From NCBI GenBank assembly GCA_965249285.1, contig OZ252226.1, positions 1,465,360-1,529,359 on the forward strand: 64,000 bases of DNA. Reading direction: 5' to 3'. Below, piece after piece: positions 1 to 10,343 of this stretch. Each line of letters starts with the position of its first letter. Within the stretch, counting starts at the first letter, position 1. The notes under the pieces were generated by a model. The model did no database searches and was not told the DNA's origin. It was given only the letters and a program-made list of their open reading frames with translations. A program made the translations under genes and the position numbers. The DNA comes from Candidatus Foliamicus sp. (GTDB lineage: Bacteria > Pseudomonadota > Gammaproteobacteria > Steroidobacterales > Foliamicaceae).

Positions 1-44
1 GCAAAGAACTCCACGAACGCCGAGCGGATCTCAGCGGTTTTCAT
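1..44 (-). CDS. alaS: alanine--tRNA ligase, N-terminal fragment (continues off the window)
   Basis: The reverse complement of 1-44 reads [14 protein letters not shown], which looks like an AlaRS N-terminus. Its ATG overlaps the recX stop as ATGA. The recA-recX-alaS order is the usual synteny. Confidence 0.6.
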   Translation of the reverse strand, partial: MKTAEIRSAFVEFF

Positions 45-508
45 GGCGCATTGTCCGAGAACAACACACGCGCAACCTGAGCGGCGGAGAAACCGCGGCC
101 ACGTAAGAACCGCGCTTGTCTCGCCATCTGGTTACGGTCTTGGGGCGGCGCCTCGCCGAAACGCCGGCGCCGAGCGGCCGCCGCGCCCCGGTCCCAATCG
201 ACGGCCGCCTCGGCGAGGGACGATTCGATCAATTCCGCTTTCACGCCACGCTCCATAAGCTGCGCACCTATCTTGAGCGGGCCCTGACCGCGCTCCAGGC
301 GCGAGCGCAGGAACGCCTTGGTAAACCTCTCATCGCTCAGCAGATCGCGCTCGACAAGGTCCTTGAGAGTGCTCTCAATGACGCTGCTGTCGTGACCGCG
401 GGTCGCCAGCTTGATCCGCAGTTCCTTGACGGAGTGTTCGCGCCGCGCCAATAGGCCCAGCGATGTATCAAACGGGCCGGCCGTGCGGCTTGACTTGCGG
501 CTAGGCAC
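41..508 (-). CDS. recX: recombination regulator RecX
   Basis: 155-aa ORF directly downstream of recA, overlapping its stop by 8 nt. It has RecX-like helical repeats ([16 protein letters not shown]...). Confidence 0.88.
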   Translation of the reverse strand: MPSRKSSRTAGPFDTSLGLLARREHSVKELRIKLATRGHDSSVIESTLKDLVERDLLSDERFTKAFLRSRLERGQGPLKIGAQLMERGVKAELIESSLAEAAVDWDRGAAAARRRRFGEAPPQDRNQMARQARFLRGRGFSAAQVARVLFSDNAP

Positions 509-1529
509 TCGCAGCCTCGGCTGGTTCCTCCACCGGTTTGTCTTTGCCGCGAATCAGCGCCTCCAGCTCGTCGGCCACGTCCGGATTGCTCAGCAAGTAG
601 TCGCGGGCCTTTTCCTTGCCCTGACCGATGTGCGCATCCTTGTAGCTGTACCAGGCGCCGGACTTGACGATCAGGTTCTTGGACAGACCCATGTCGATCA
701 GTTCACCAGCGCGGGAAATTCCGTAATGGTCCCCGGTAAACAGGATATCGAACTCGGCCATCTTGAACGGTGGCGCCATCTTGTTCTTGACCACCTTTAC
801 CCGGGTGTGGTTGCCGATCACTTCGTCGCCACGCTTGAGCGCGCCGATGCGGCGGATATCCAGGCGCACCGAGGAATAGAATTTCAGTGCGTTCCCACCC
901 GTGGTGGTCTCCGGGTTGCCGAACATGACACCGATCTTCATCCGCAACTGGTTAATGAAGATCACGATGGTGTTGGAGCGGTTGATGTTGCCGGTCAGCT
1001 TCCTCAACGCCTGCGACATCAGGCGGGCCTGCAGACCCATGTGGCTATCGCCCATTTCACCCTCGATTTCGGCCTTCGGGGTAAGCGCGGCGACCGAATC
1101 CACTACCACCACATCCACTGCGCCCGAGCGCACCAGCATGTCGGTAATCTCCAGGGCTTGTTCTCCCGTGTCCGGCTGCGAAACCAGCAGATCGTCAACT
1201 TTGATGCCCAGGCGTTGGGCATAGTCCGGGTCCAGGGCGTGCTCCGCGTCCACGAAGGCGGCAGTGCCGCCGGCTTTCTGGCATTGCGCCACTACGCTAA
1301 GCGTCAGCGTGGTCTTGCCCGAGGACTCCGGCCCGAATATTTCAACGACCCGGCCGCGCGGAAGTCCACCGATCCCGAGGGCCAGATCCAGCGCCAGACT
1401 GCCGGTGGATACAACCTCGACGTCGCGCACGGCGCCGGCGGCGCCCAGACGCATGACAGAGCCTTTTCCGAATTGCTTCTCGATCTGCGACAGCGCTGCC
1501 GCCAATGCCCGCTTGCGATTGTCGTTCAT
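501..1529 (-). CDS. recA: recombinase RecA
   Basis: Unmistakable RecA sequence ([34 protein letters not shown] Walker A). I chose the internal ATG at 1529 (MNDNRKRAL) rather than the ORF-track start at 1601. Confidence 0.97.
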   Translation of the reverse strand: MNDNRKRALAAALSQIEKQFGKGSVMRLGAAGAVRDVEVVSTGSLALDLALGIGGLPRGRVVEIFGPESSGKTTLTLSVVAQCQKAGGTAAFVDAEHALDPDYAQRLGIKVDDLLVSQPDTGEQALEITDMLVRSGAVDVVVVDSVAALTPKAEIEGEMGDSHMGLQARLMSQALRKLTGNINRSNTIVIFINQLRMKIGVMFGNPETTTGGNALKFYSSVRLDIRRIGALKRGDEVIGNHTRVKVVKNKMAPPFKMAEFDILFTGDHYGISRAGELIDMGLSKNLIVKSGAWYSYKDAHIGQGKEKARDYLLSNPDVADELEALIRGKDKPVEEPAEAASA

Positions 1530-1673
1530 GTTGCTCTGTGCTCCCGCGTTTACCTGTACAGAGTGATTATTCCACAGCCGGGGCTGTTTGCCGCGCTGCA
1601 ATGCAACGGTTTAGGCAAGATATCGGCCTCGCTGCCTATTGCCGCGCACCATACCCCTTGCTTGGAACAAGCT

Positions 1674-1722
1674 GGAACGAGGGCATCTTGCCCTCGACGA
1701 GGGCGGGACGCCCTCGCTCCCG
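1674..1722. repeat. REP pair (head-to-head palindromic units)
   Basis: ggaacgagggcatcttgccctcgac + gacgagggcgggacgccctcgctccc, downstream of pncC. Confidence 0.8.
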
Positions 1723-1777
1723 GCGTGTCCCTTCGCGTCCGCGTCGCGGGAACAGAGGTAAATACTCGACACACGGT

Positions 1778-2275
1778 TCATGCGCCCGCGTTGACTCGCT
1801 TCAGCAGCCCCTCCAACGCATGCTCGACCGTCCTGATACGCACGCTACGGCGATCACCGTCGAAGCGCCGGCATTCCGCTTCCCGCAGCCCATTGCGGCC
1901 GGCCCAGGCAAACCACACCGTTCCGACCGGCTTGGCCGGGCTGCCTCCGCCCGGACCGGCAATTCCGGTAACGGCAAGGCTCCATTCGGTGCGGCCTCTC
2001 TCGAGCGCCCCGGCAGCCATTTCGGCCGCCACCTCGGCGCTGATCGCGCCGTGCTCGTGCAGCGTCCGCGCGCCTACGCCAAGCAAACGCTGCTTGGCGT
2101 CGTTGGAGTAGGTCACGATGGAGGCCGAAAACCATCCTGAACTGCCCGGCCTTTCGGTAATGGCCTGGCCGATCCAGCCGCCGGTGCACGACTCCGCCAC
2201 GGTCACCATCTCGGCGCGCTGCAGCAACAGTTTCCCCAGGTCCTCTACAAGGAGGCTGCCGCGTCGTTCGGTCAC
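1778..2275 (-). CDS. pncC: nicotinamide-nucleotide amidohydrolase (CinA C-terminal domain family)
   Basis: 165 aa with [10 protein letters not shown]...VTYSNDAK...GIAGPGGG...KPVGTVWFA, collinear with E. coli PncC/YgaD. It lies between mutS and recA as in Pseudomonas. Confidence 0.85.
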   Translation of the reverse strand: MTERRGSLLVEDLGKLLLQRAEMVTVAESCTGGWIGQAITERPGSSGWFSASIVTYSNDAKQRLLGVGARTLHEHGAISAEVAAEMAAGALERGRTEWSLAVTGIAGPGGGSPAKPVGTVWFAWAGRNGLREAECRRFDGDRRSVRIRTVEHALEGLLKRVNAGA

Positions 2276-4842
2276 TTCTTCACCCCACCAATACGTTTCA
2301 TTTCAAACAGCAAATCCAAGGCCTCGCGCGGGCTGAGCTGGTCCGGGTCCACGGCCGCCAGGAGCTGGTCCGCAGGGCCGGGCTCGCCGAGCCGCAGCGG
2401 CAATTGCGGATGCGTGGTTTCGCGCTCGATCAGTTGTCCCGATCGCTGCTCCAGGTCCCGCAAAGTCCGACGCGCCGCCGCAATTACCTGGCGCGGCACC
2501 CCGGCCAGGGCCGCCACCTGGAGGCCATAGCTGCGATCCGCCGGCCCCTCGCGCACGGAATACAAAAACACCAGCGTCCCTGCGTGCTCCACCGCGTCCA
2601 GGTGTACGTTGGCGCAACCGGGGACGGTCTCGGGCAAGGCCGTGAGCTCGAAATAGTGGGTCGCGAACAGGGTAAAGCAGCGCAGGCGCTCGGCGATGTA
2701 GCTCGCGGCCGCCCAGGCCAGGGAAAGGCCATCGTAGGTGCTGGTGCCGCGCCCAACCTCGTCCATCAACACCAGGCTCTGTTCGGTGGCGTTATGCAGA
2801 ATACTGGCCGTCTCGGTCATTTCCACCATGAAGGTGGAGCGCCCGCCCGCCAGGTCGTCGCCCGCGCCGATCCGCGTGAAAATGCGGTCCAGCGGCCCGA
2901 TCTGTGCAGCCGCAGCCGGCACGTAGCTGCCGATATGCGCCAGAATGACGATCAGCGCAACCTGCCGCATGTAAGTGGACTTGCCGCCCATGTTCGGGCC
3001 GGTGACGATCAGCATGCGGGTATCGTCCTTTAGCATGAGTTCGTTGGGAATGAACTCGCTGTCCAGAGCTCGTTCGACCACCGGATGGCGACTGCCGGCA
3101 AGCTGGATTCCGGGCTGATCGGTGAGTTCCGGCTTGCTGTAGCCCAACTCCAGCGACCGGGCCGCCAGATTCACCAGCACGTCGGTCTCAGCCAGGGCGG
3201 CGGCCAGCTCCTGCCAGGACGCAAGCCACTGCGACAGCTCTTCAACCAGTTCTTCGTAGAGCCGCGCTTCCAGTTCCAGCGCGCGTTCGCGGGCGCTTAA
3301 GACCCGGTGTTCAAAGCGCTTCAGTTCCGGGGTGATATAGCGCTCGGAGTGCTTTAGCGTCTGGCGGCGTATGAAATGCTCCGGCGCCTCCGCGGATTGA
3401 CTGCGCCGCAGCTCGATGTAATAGCCGTGCACCCGGTTGTAGCCCAGGCGCAGGTTGGGAATGCCGCTAGTTTCGCGCTCCTGTTTCTCCAGGTCCTGCA
3501 GGGCCGTGTCCGCACTGCTGCTGATCTCGCGCAGTTCGTCCAGTTCGTTGCTGTAACCGGCGGCGATCACCTCGCCGTCACGAATCCTTGGGCTTGGCTG
3601 TTCGGCGATCGCCTGTTCAAGCAGGCCCAATCCCTCCGCCGGCGTGTCCATGCGCCCGGCCAGGTCCTGCAACAGGGGCGCGTCCAGCGCCGACAATTGC
3701 TCGCGCAATGCCGGGGTCGCCTTGAGAGCGGCGCGCAGCCGCTCAAGATCGCGCGGACGGGCGGTTCGAATGGCCAGGCGAGCCAGCACCCTTTCCAGGT
3801 CGCCGACCTCGCGGATGCTTGCGCGCCATCCGTCCTTGGCCTCGCGCAGAGTCTCAATGGCCTGAAAGCGGCGCCGCAGCAACTCGTGACAGCGCAGCGG
3901 GCGATGAATCCAGCGCCGCAGCATCCGGCTACCCATGGGCGTGGCGCAGCGGTCGATGACCCCGGCCAGGGTGTATTCATGGCGTCCGGAAAGCGAGCGG
4001 TCCAGTTCCAGGTTGCGCCGTGTGGCGGCGTCCATGAGCAGCGCCTCGCTGGGTCGTTCCACGGTGAGCGTCCGCACATGCGGCAGTGCCCCGCGCTGGG
4101 TGTCCTTTACATAATCAAGCAAGCACCCGGCAGCGGCCAGGGCACGGTCCATGCCCTCGGCGCCAAAGCCATCGAGATTGTGCACCCGAAACTGCTGCTG
4201 CAAGGCGCGCCGGGCGGAGGAAACGCTGAATTGCCAGTTTCTTCGCTCCTGTACGGCGGGCGCATCGGGCAGCGCCTCAGGCAGCCGCGCTCCCTCGCTT
4301 GCCAGCAGTTCAGCCGGCCGCAAGCGCTGCAACTCGCCTTGCAATTCCTCCAGGCCGGCGCATTCGGTAATGCAGAAGCTGCCGGAACTCAGCTCCATCC
4401 ATGCCAGGCCGTAGGCGCCATCTTCCTGATACAGCGCCGCAACCAGGTTGTCGGCTGCGCTGTCCAGGAGCGCTTCGTCGGTGAGTGTGCCGGGCGTTAC
4501 CAGGCGCACGACCTCACGTTTCACCGGGCCGCCCGAGGCCGTGGGACGGCCGATCTGCTCGCAGATCGCGATCGATTCTCCCATCTGAGCCAGCCGGGCA
4601 ATGTACGAGTCGGCGGAATGCGCCGGCACTCCGGCCATGGGTATCGCCTCGCCGTTCGATTGACCGCGGCTGGTCAGGACGATGTCCAGCAGCGTCGCCG
4701 CACGGGTGGCGTCTTCGAAGAACATTTCGTAGAAGTCGCCCATGCGGTAGAAAAGCAGCGAATCGGGATGCTGCGCCTTGATGCGCAGGTACTGCTGCAT
4801 GACCGGCGAGTGTCCGGCGAACGGCCGGGCGCCGGTGGTCAT
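2272..4842 (-). CDS. mutS: DNA mismatch repair protein MutS
   Basis: 856 aa with N-terminal [17 protein letters not shown]...[15 protein letters not shown] and Walker [10 protein letters not shown]. Confidence 0.97.
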   Translation of the reverse strand: MTTGARPFAGHSPVMQQYLRIKAQHPDSLLFYRMGDFYEMFFEDATRAATLLDIVLTSRGQSNGEAIPMAGVPAHSADSYIARLAQMGESIAICEQIGRPTASGGPVKREVVRLVTPGTLTDEALLDSAADNLVAALYQEDGAYGLAWMELSSGSFCITECAGLEELQGELQRLRPAELLASEGARLPEALPDAPAVQERRNWQFSVSSARRALQQQFRVHNLDGFGAEGMDRALAAAGCLLDYVKDTQRGALPHVRTLTVERPSEALLMDAATRRNLELDRSLSGRHEYTLAGVIDRCATPMGSRMLRRWIHRPLRCHELLRRRFQAIETLREAKDGWRASIREVGDLERVLARLAIRTARPRDLERLRAALKATPALREQLSALDAPLLQDLAGRMDTPAEGLGLLEQAIAEQPSPRIRDGEVIAAGYSNELDELREISSSADTALQDLEKQERETSGIPNLRLGYNRVHGYYIELRRSQSAEAPEHFIRRQTLKHSERYITPELKRFEHRVLSARERALELEARLYEELVEELSQWLASWQELAAALAETDVLVNLAARSLELGYSKPELTDQPGIQLAGSRHPVVERALDSEFIPNELMLKDDTRMLIVTGPNMGGKSTYMRQVALIVILAHIGSYVPAAAAQIGPLDRIFTRIGAGDDLAGGRSTFMVEMTETASILHNATEQSLVLMDEVGRGTSTYDGLSLAWAAASYIAERLRCFTLFATHYFELTALPETVPGCANVHLDAVEHAGTLVFLYSVREGPADRSYGLQVAALAGVPRQVIAAARRTLRDLEQRSGQLIERETTHPQLPLRLGEPGPADQLLAAVDPDQLSPREALDLLFEMKRIGGVKK

Positions 4843-4846
4843 TTAC

Positions 4847-6946
4847 TTAAGCCTTTCCGAAGCCGCGGCCGGCGGCGGCCAGATCCACCAGCCGCTGCGC
4901 GGGAGCCCAGCGGGCGCCGAATCGCTCATGGAACGCGTGGATGTCCGCGAGCACCGGGGCCAGCCCCTGGTGATCCGCGTAGTGCATGGGACCGCCCCGC
5001 CAGGCCGGAAACCCATAGCCGTAGACGTACACGATGTCGATGTCGGATGCGGCCCTTGCCACCCCTTCCTCAAGCAGCTTGGCGCCGACGTTCACCAGCG
5101 GGTACATGCACCGCTTGACGATCTCTGTCGGCTCGGCGGCCGGGCCGGACCGATAGCCCATCTCTTCGGCCAGGCCCTCAATCAACCGGACCACCCCGGG
5201 ATCAGATTCGGGAACCCGGCTTCCGGGCCGATAGTTGTAAATGCCGTGGCGGTTCTTCTGCCCAAACCTTTCTCGCTCGCACAGCGCATCGCCCAGGCGC
5301 TCGCCCGGCTTGCGCTCGCCGACCGGCTTGCCGGCAAGTTTCCGGGCCCGCCAGCCGAGGTCCAGGCCCACCAGATCGGCCATCTGAAACGGCCCCATGG
5401 GCAAGCCGAATTCGCGCAGCACAGCATCGACTTGCTCCGCCGGCGTGCCTTCAAACAGCAGCTCGAAGGCTTCGAACATGTAATCGGTCAACATGCGGTT
5501 GCCGATAAAGCCGTGGCTGTTGGCAGACCAAACGGGGATCTTCTTCATCCGGGAAGCAAGCGCAAACGCGCAGGCGATAGTTTCCGGAGCGCTTTGCCGG
5601 CCCTGGATCACTTCCACCAGCCGCATGATGTTGGCCGGACTGAAGAAATGCATGCCCAGGACCTGCTCCGGCCTGCCGGTTGCATCCGCCATTCGGTCGA
5701 TGTCCAGATAGGAAGTATTGCTGGCGATAACCGTCTCTGCAGGCAGAATTTCGTCCAGGCGGGCGAAAATCTGCTTCTTGAGGTCGAGATTCTCGTAGAT
5801 CGCCTCAACGGCGAAGTCCGCTTCGGCCAGGGCAGCGTATTCCGTGGTGGGCGTAATCAGCCCCATGCAGCGTTGCGCGCCGCCGGGCGCCAGCCGGCCG
5901 CTTTTTTCCGACCGCTCGAAATTCTTGTGTACCACGCCCAGGCCCCGCTCCAGGGCCTCCTGGCTGGTCTCCAACACGGTCACCGGAATACCGGCGATGG
6001 CGAAGTTCATGGCGATGCCCCCGCCCATCGTTCCGCAACCCACCACCGCGGCGCGCTCAACCGGACGGGCCGAAGCGCCCCCGGCGCCCCTGAATACCGC
6101 GCGTTCGGCGAAGAACAGGTGCGAGAGCGCCGCGCTCTGCGGGTTCTTCAGGCAGCGTATGAAGCGGCGGCGCTCCTCGCCAAGCCCGGCCCTGAAATCG
6201 TCGCGGCAGGCCACCGCCTGCTCAATGCACTGCACGATCAGTTCCGGCGAGTCCCGGCCCCGCATCTTTCGGGCGATCAGGCCGCGGGCGGCCGCAAACG
6301 CCTCCGCCCCTTCGCCGGCTTCGGAAAGTTTCCCCGGACCCGAGGATATCTTGCGCAGCGGGCCATCCTGATCCAGCAACTCGCCGGCGTACACGCAGGC
6401 GGCCTCGGTCACGCTGCCTTCCAGCAACTGGTCGGCCAGGCCGATCTTCAAGGCCTGTTGCGTATCCACCGGCCTGCCGTCCAGGCACATGCGCAAAGCG
6501 TGCTCCACCCCGATCAGGCGCGGCGTTCGTTGCGTGCCTCCGGCGCCCGGCAGCAGGCCGATATTCACCTCGGGAAAGGCGAACCGGGCGCGGGAAGACA
6601 CCGCTCGATAGTCGCAGGCCAGGGCCAACTCCAGGCCGCCGCCGTAGGCCACCCCGCCGATCACCGCTACCACGGGCTTGGGACATGCGTCCAAGGCGTC
6701 GCACAGCGCCGTCAGAGACGCCTCCGGCGCCGGGAGCTCCTTCAGGCCGAACTCCTTGATGTCGGCGCCGGCGCACCAGGTCTTCAGGCCGCTAAGCAAT
6801 AACACCGCGCCTGCCGAGTCGTCCTGCGAAGCCGACTCGATTGCCGCCAGCAGCGGGGCGCGCAGCTTTGCCCCCAGGGCGTTGACCGGCGGAGAACCCA
6901 TTTCAATCAGCCGGATCCGGCCGCGATCACTCACCTTGACCGTCAT
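4847..6946 (-). CDS. bifunctional enoyl-CoA hydratase / 3-hydroxyacyl-CoA dehydrogenase (FadB/FadJ-like)
   Basis: 699 aa. The N-terminal half is crotonase-like (VNALG...CAGADIKEF). The central part has a Rossmann motif ([12 protein letters not shown]) and a 3-hydroxyacyl-CoA dehydrogenase C-terminal region. Confidence 0.85.
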   Translation of the reverse strand: MTVKVSDRGRIRLIEMGSPPVNALGAKLRAPLLAAIESASQDDSAGAVLLLSGLKTWCAGADIKEFGLKELPAPEASLTALCDALDACPKPVVAVIGGVAYGGGLELALACDYRAVSSRARFAFPEVNIGLLPGAGGTQRTPRLIGVEHALRMCLDGRPVDTQQALKIGLADQLLEGSVTEAACVYAGELLDQDGPLRKISSGPGKLSEAGEGAEAFAAARGLIARKMRGRDSPELIVQCIEQAVACRDDFRAGLGEERRRFIRCLKNPQSAALSHLFFAERAVFRGAGGASARPVERAAVVGCGTMGGGIAMNFAIAGIPVTVLETSQEALERGLGVVHKNFERSEKSGRLAPGGAQRCMGLITPTTEYAALAEADFAVEAIYENLDLKKQIFARLDEILPAETVIASNTSYLDIDRMADATGRPEQVLGMHFFSPANIMRLVEVIQGRQSAPETIACAFALASRMKKIPVWSANSHGFIGNRMLTDYMFEAFELLFEGTPAEQVDAVLREFGLPMGPFQMADLVGLDLGWRARKLAGKPVGERKPGERLGDALCERERFGQKNRHGIYNYRPGSRVPESDPGVVRLIEGLAEEMGYRSGPAAEPTEIVKRCMYPLVNVGAKLLEEGVARAASDIDIVYVYGYGFPAWRGGPMHYADHQGLAPVLADIHAFHERFGARWAPAQRLVDLAAAGRGFGKA

Positions 6947-6957
6947 GCGCCGCCTCC

Positions 6958-7045
6958 GTCCATTCGGCGAGGGCAGGATGCCCTCGTTCCCAAGCGTGTT
7001 TCCTGCGCATCAGCGCAGCGACGCCTGCTGCGAAAACTCCCAGCC
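6958..7045. repeat. REP unit plus conserved tail module, flanked by a 27-bp direct duplication (6931-6957 and 7046-7072)
   Basis: gcgagggcaggatgccctcgttccc is followed by ttcctgcgcatcagcgcagcgacgcctgctgcgaaaactcccagc. The flanking repeats are identical at 23 of 27 positions. Confidence 0.85.
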
Positions 7046-7057
7046 TCACCTTGAGTG

Positions 7058-8041
7058 TCATGCGCCGCTGCCTACTATTCTGAATACCCACTTGCCGGTT
7101 ACCTGACGATGGGCAAAGGCCTCATACGCTTGCATGTATTCCTCAAGCGGGAGCTCCCGGCCGATAGGGCAGCCGATGGCGCCGCCGGCCGCCAGCTCCG
7201 ACAGGGCACCAAGGTTTTCGCGCGCAACATCGGGATGCCGATCGGTCCACGGACCCCACAAAACGCCCAACACCGCGGCGGTCTTCAACAAGACCAGGTT
7301 CAGCGGCAGGCGCGGGATGGACCCGGCGGCGAATCCCACCACCAGGAAACGGCCGCCCGGCGCACAAGCGCGATAGGCTGATTCCGAATAGTCCCCGCCC
7401 ACCGGATCGACCACGACATCGACCCGGCCCCCGGCCAGCTTCTTCAGCCGGCCACGAAAATCGTCCTGGGTATAGTCGATGCATTCTTCAGCGCCCAGGG
7501 ACATTGCCAATTGGAGCTTGTCCTCGCTCCCGGCCGCGGCGATCACGTGGGCGCCCATGGCCTTCGCCAACGCTACGGCCGCCATTCCCACCCCTCCGCC
7601 GGCGCCCAGCACCAGCACGGTTTCGCCGGCTTGAAGGTCCGCAACCTGCTTGTAAGCGTGGTAGCAGGTACCGTACGTGATGCAAAAGCCGGCGCCCTGA
7701 GCAAAACTCATATTTCCCGGCAGGCGGGCCACATGATGGCGGGGAGCAACCGCCAGCTCGGCAAACATAGCCCGGCCGTGCATCGCAACCCGATCGCCTA
7801 CCGCCAGGTCCTCGACGCCTTCGCCGAGCGCCGCCACTACGCCGGCGGCCTCGCCCCCGGGAGTGAACGGAACTTCGGGACGGCGCTGATAGCGGCCCTG
7901 AACCATCAGCAGATCGAAGAAATTGAGGCCCGCGGCGCCCACCGCCACCAGCACCTCGCCCGGCGCCGGGGCCGGTTCCGGCGCCTCGCCCACAACAAGC
8001 TCCGGGCGCTCGGCGTAGCGGGTGCAAATCAGAGCGCGCAT
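7058..8041 (-). CDS. NADPH:quinone oxidoreductase / medium-chain (zinc-type) dehydrogenase family protein
   Basis: 327 aa with an MDR fold pattern (GEVLVAVGAAGLNFFD..., VLGAGGGVGMAAVALAKAMGA). Confidence 0.8.
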   Translation of the reverse strand: MRALICTRYAERPELVVGEAPEPAPAPGEVLVAVGAAGLNFFDLLMVQGRYQRRPEVPFTPGGEAAGVVAALGEGVEDLAVGDRVAMHGRAMFAELAVAPRHHVARLPGNMSFAQGAGFCITYGTCYHAYKQVADLQAGETVLVLGAGGGVGMAAVALAKAMGAHVIAAAGSEDKLQLAMSLGAEECIDYTQDDFRGRLKKLAGGRVDVVVDPVGGDYSESAYRACAPGGRFLVVGFAAGSIPRLPLNLVLLKTAAVLGVLWGPWTDRHPDVARENLGALSELAAGGAIGCPIGRELPLEEYMQAYEAFAHRQVTGKWVFRIVGSGA

Positions 8042-8076
8042 GACTGGGGGGTGTCTCTTATCGTCGGAAGGCGCGG

Positions 8077-8844
8077 TTAGACGTGGATACCGCCATCCAC
8101 CAGCAGCGCCTGTCCGGTCACGTAGGAGCCGGCCGCCGATGCCAGGAACACGACCAGCCCCGCAACTTCATCCGGGGCGCCCATGCGGCCCAGGGCGGTG
8201 GTGTCCAGGAAGCTCTTGCGCGACTCGGCGTCGCTCCACAAGGCCCTGGAGAAGTCGGTCTTGATCAGTCCCGGACAGACCGCGTTTGCGGTGATGCCGT
8301 CGCGCCCGTATTCCAGCGCCAGGTTGCGGGCCATCTGGATCTCGGCCGCCTTGGACATGCCGTAAGCACCGATCTTGTCGTGCGCCATTTGGCCCACGTA
8401 CGAGGAGATCAGCACGATACGGCCGTAACCCCGGCTCTGCATGCCCGGCGCGACCAGCTTGCTGAGCCACAGATTGGCCGTCACGTTACACCGCCAGATG
8501 CGTTCAAAGGCGCTGTCGCTGATATCCAGCAACGGACCGAAATGCGGGTTCACGCCCACATTGGACACCAGGATGTCGATGGCGCCGAAGGCCGCGCGGG
8601 TGCGCGCCACCAGGTCTTCCAGCTGGTCCTTGTGGAACACGTTGCAGGGGACCGCTATGGCTGTGCCCTTGCCGAACTTGAGATTGAGTTCTTCGGCGGT
8701 TTGCTCACAGGCCTCCGGCTTGCGGCTGGATGCGGTTACCCGGGCCCCATGCTCCGCCATCCGCGTGGCGATGGCCTTGCCGATACCGCGAGTGGAGCCG
8801 GTAATCAGGGCCGTGCGGCCCTCCAGGTTGAACAGTTCGTTCAT
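8077..8844 (-). CDS. SDR-family oxidoreductase
   Basis: 255 aa with the TGSTRGIG cofactor motif, the YGMSKAA catalytic Y-x3-K motif, and a classical SDR length. Confidence 0.85.
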   Translation of the reverse strand: MNELFNLEGRTALITGSTRGIGKAIATRMAEHGARVTASSRKPEACEQTAEELNLKFGKGTAIAVPCNVFHKDQLEDLVARTRAAFGAIDILVSNVGVNPHFGPLLDISDSAFERIWRCNVTANLWLSKLVAPGMQSRGYGRIVLISSYVGQMAHDKIGAYGMSKAAEIQMARNLALEYGRDGITANAVCPGLIKTDFSRALWSDAESRKSFLDTTALGRMGAPDEVAGLVVFLASAAGSYVTGQALLVDGGIHV

Positions 8845-8856
8845 GCCTGGGGCCGA

Positions 8857-9375
8857 TCAGGAATCCTGCGGAATCAACATGAATAGCTGCTGGGCCACCC
8901 AGGCCGGCTTTTCCTGGCCTTCGATTTCCATGTACTTGTCGAGTTGAATCACCACCCGTCCGGCGCCCCGATCCCGAACTTCGGCCAGGGTGGAATGCAC
9001 CCGAACGCGCGAGTCGGAAGGCACCGGGTTGATGAAACGCAATTTGTTCAGACCGTAGTTGATCACAAAGCCCAGGTCTTCAATCTCGGCGAGATCGGGC
9101 GATTCCAGGTGCACCGATAAGGAAAGCGTCAGGAACCCGTGCGCGATCGTGGATTTGAATGGAGTTTCGCGCGCAACGCGCTGGGGGTCCACGTGAATGA
9201 ATTGGTGATCGGAGGTGCAGTCGGCGAACGCATTGATGCGCGCCTGATCCAGGTGCAACCATGCCGATGGAGCCAGCGTGCGCCCCTCCCGATCTTTGAG
9301 GTTTTCGATCTTCACAGGCGGTCTTCCGTAGTCTCTGATGCAGCGTCGAGCGGGTATAGTATATGGGTTCGGCAT
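8857..9375 (-). CDS. MaoC-like (R-specific enoyl-CoA) dehydratase, hot-dog fold
   Basis: 172 aa containing FADCTSDHQFIHVDPQRVARETPFKSTIAHGFLTLSL, the MaoC dehydratase signature region. The start codon is uncertain. Confidence 0.78.
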   Translation of the reverse strand: MPNPYTIPARRCIRDYGRPPVKIENLKDREGRTLAPSAWLHLDQARINAFADCTSDHQFIHVDPQRVARETPFKSTIAHGFLTLSLSVHLESPDLAEIEDLGFVINYGLNKLRFINPVPSDSRVRVHSTLAEVRDRGAGRVVIQLDKYMEIEGQEKPAWVAQQLFMLIPQDS

Positions 9376-9395
9376 CGCTTTCCGGGGGCATTCTG

Positions 9396-10343
9396 ATGAG
9401 CTCGCAAGACACTCGTGATCAAGGCAGTACCGGCTGGATGGCCGGAATTTTTGCGCGGCCGCCTTTTATCGGCCTGTTCCCGTTTGCGGTGTTCTTTTTG
9501 TCCCAGGGGCTAGGGCATGCGGTAATGATCCAGGTGGAGCGCGGCTTCGGGGCGCCGATCATGTATTACGCCGCCGGCGCCATGGGTTTGGTCGGCGCAG
9601 TGCTGCTTTGGATCGGCATGCGCCAGGACAGCGAGGTAAGCGCCACCTGGCTGGGTTATTTCGCCGCCTGGCTTATGTGGACCGGCTGGGTGGAGTTCTC
9701 GTTCGTTTACTACGCGCACTCGCTGGAGGTGGCGCCGTTGCTGGACGCGGCCGGCGAGATTGCTACCAAGCCGGAATACCTGGTAATGATGTCCTCGCTG
9801 GGCGTGATGCTGGCCACTCTGGTGTATTTCCTGTTCAACCGGGAAACGCGCTGCAATTTCTTCCGCTGGTTCCACCGCTGGCTGGGCTTGGGCACCGGCA
9901 AGCCCAGCGAAGGCCACAAGCGCAACTTCGCCGCCATCACGGCGCTGGAGACGATCTACCTGATCTGGTTCTTCTACCTGGCGCTGCTGCTGATTTACGA
10001 TGAAGCGGTGCTCGGCGACCAGCACCCGGTCACTTATGTCATCGCCTCGCTCAACGCGGTATGGGCGATCTTCCTGCTGCAGCGCCTGCTGCGCTTCCGC
10101 CGGGTAGCCACTGCGCTACGCTACTCGATTGCTACCGCCATAATTACCTGGAACGCGTACGAATTTGTCGGACGATGGGGCTGGGTCAACGATTTCTTTG
10201 TCCGGCCGGACAAGTACGGTTGGGAAATCACCGGTATTGCCGTGTTGTCGCTGGGAATCGTGGCCTTCTGCCTGTTCATGCCGGCGGGCAAACGCGAGCG
10301 CGAACGGGTGGCGGCGATGGAGCAGGAACTCAGCGCGAACTAG
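9396..10343 (+). CDS. polytopic inner-membrane protein of unknown function
   Basis: The ORF has about 8 hydrophobic segments and I recognise no family. The start could be 9363 or 9396. The TAG stop is formed by the first bases of the 10341-10611 element. Confidence 0.55.
   Translation: MSSQDTRDQGSTGWMAGIFARPPFIGLFPFAVFFLSQGLGHAVMIQVERGFGAPIMYYAAGAMGLVGAVLLWIGMRQDSEVSATWLGYFAAWLMWTGWVEFSFVYYAHSLEVAPLLDAAGEIATKPEYLVMMSSLGVMLATLVYFLFNRETRCNFFRWFHRWLGLGTGKPSEGHKRNFAAITALETIYLIWFFYLALLLIYDEAVLGDQHPVTYVIASLNAVWAIFLLQRLLRFRRVATALRYSIATAIITWNAYEFVGRWGWVNDFFVRPDKYGWEITGIAVLSLGIVAFCLFMPAGKRERERVAAMEQELSAN

Noticed and set aside
1530-1601. Looked for a LexA/SOS box upstream of recA (CTGT and ACAG tetramers at 1536, 1554, 1558 and 1574; palindrome CCTGTACAG).
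   Set aside because: The spacings are 16 and 18 nt, not the CTGT-N8-ACAG of gammaproteobacteria. I saw no GAAC-N7-GTTC or TTAGTA-type box either, so I cannot support a LexA site from sequence alone.
411-6802. Very long ORFs antisense to recA, mutS and the FadB-like gene (411-2111, 3376-5118, 4778-6802). Similar ones occur elsewhere, for example 42408-43571, 49750-51102 and 59499-61307.
   Set aside because: Stop-poor antisense frames are typical of high-GC coding DNA. The products are Arg/Ala/Pro/Gly-rich with no motifs, and each fully overlaps a confidently identified gene.
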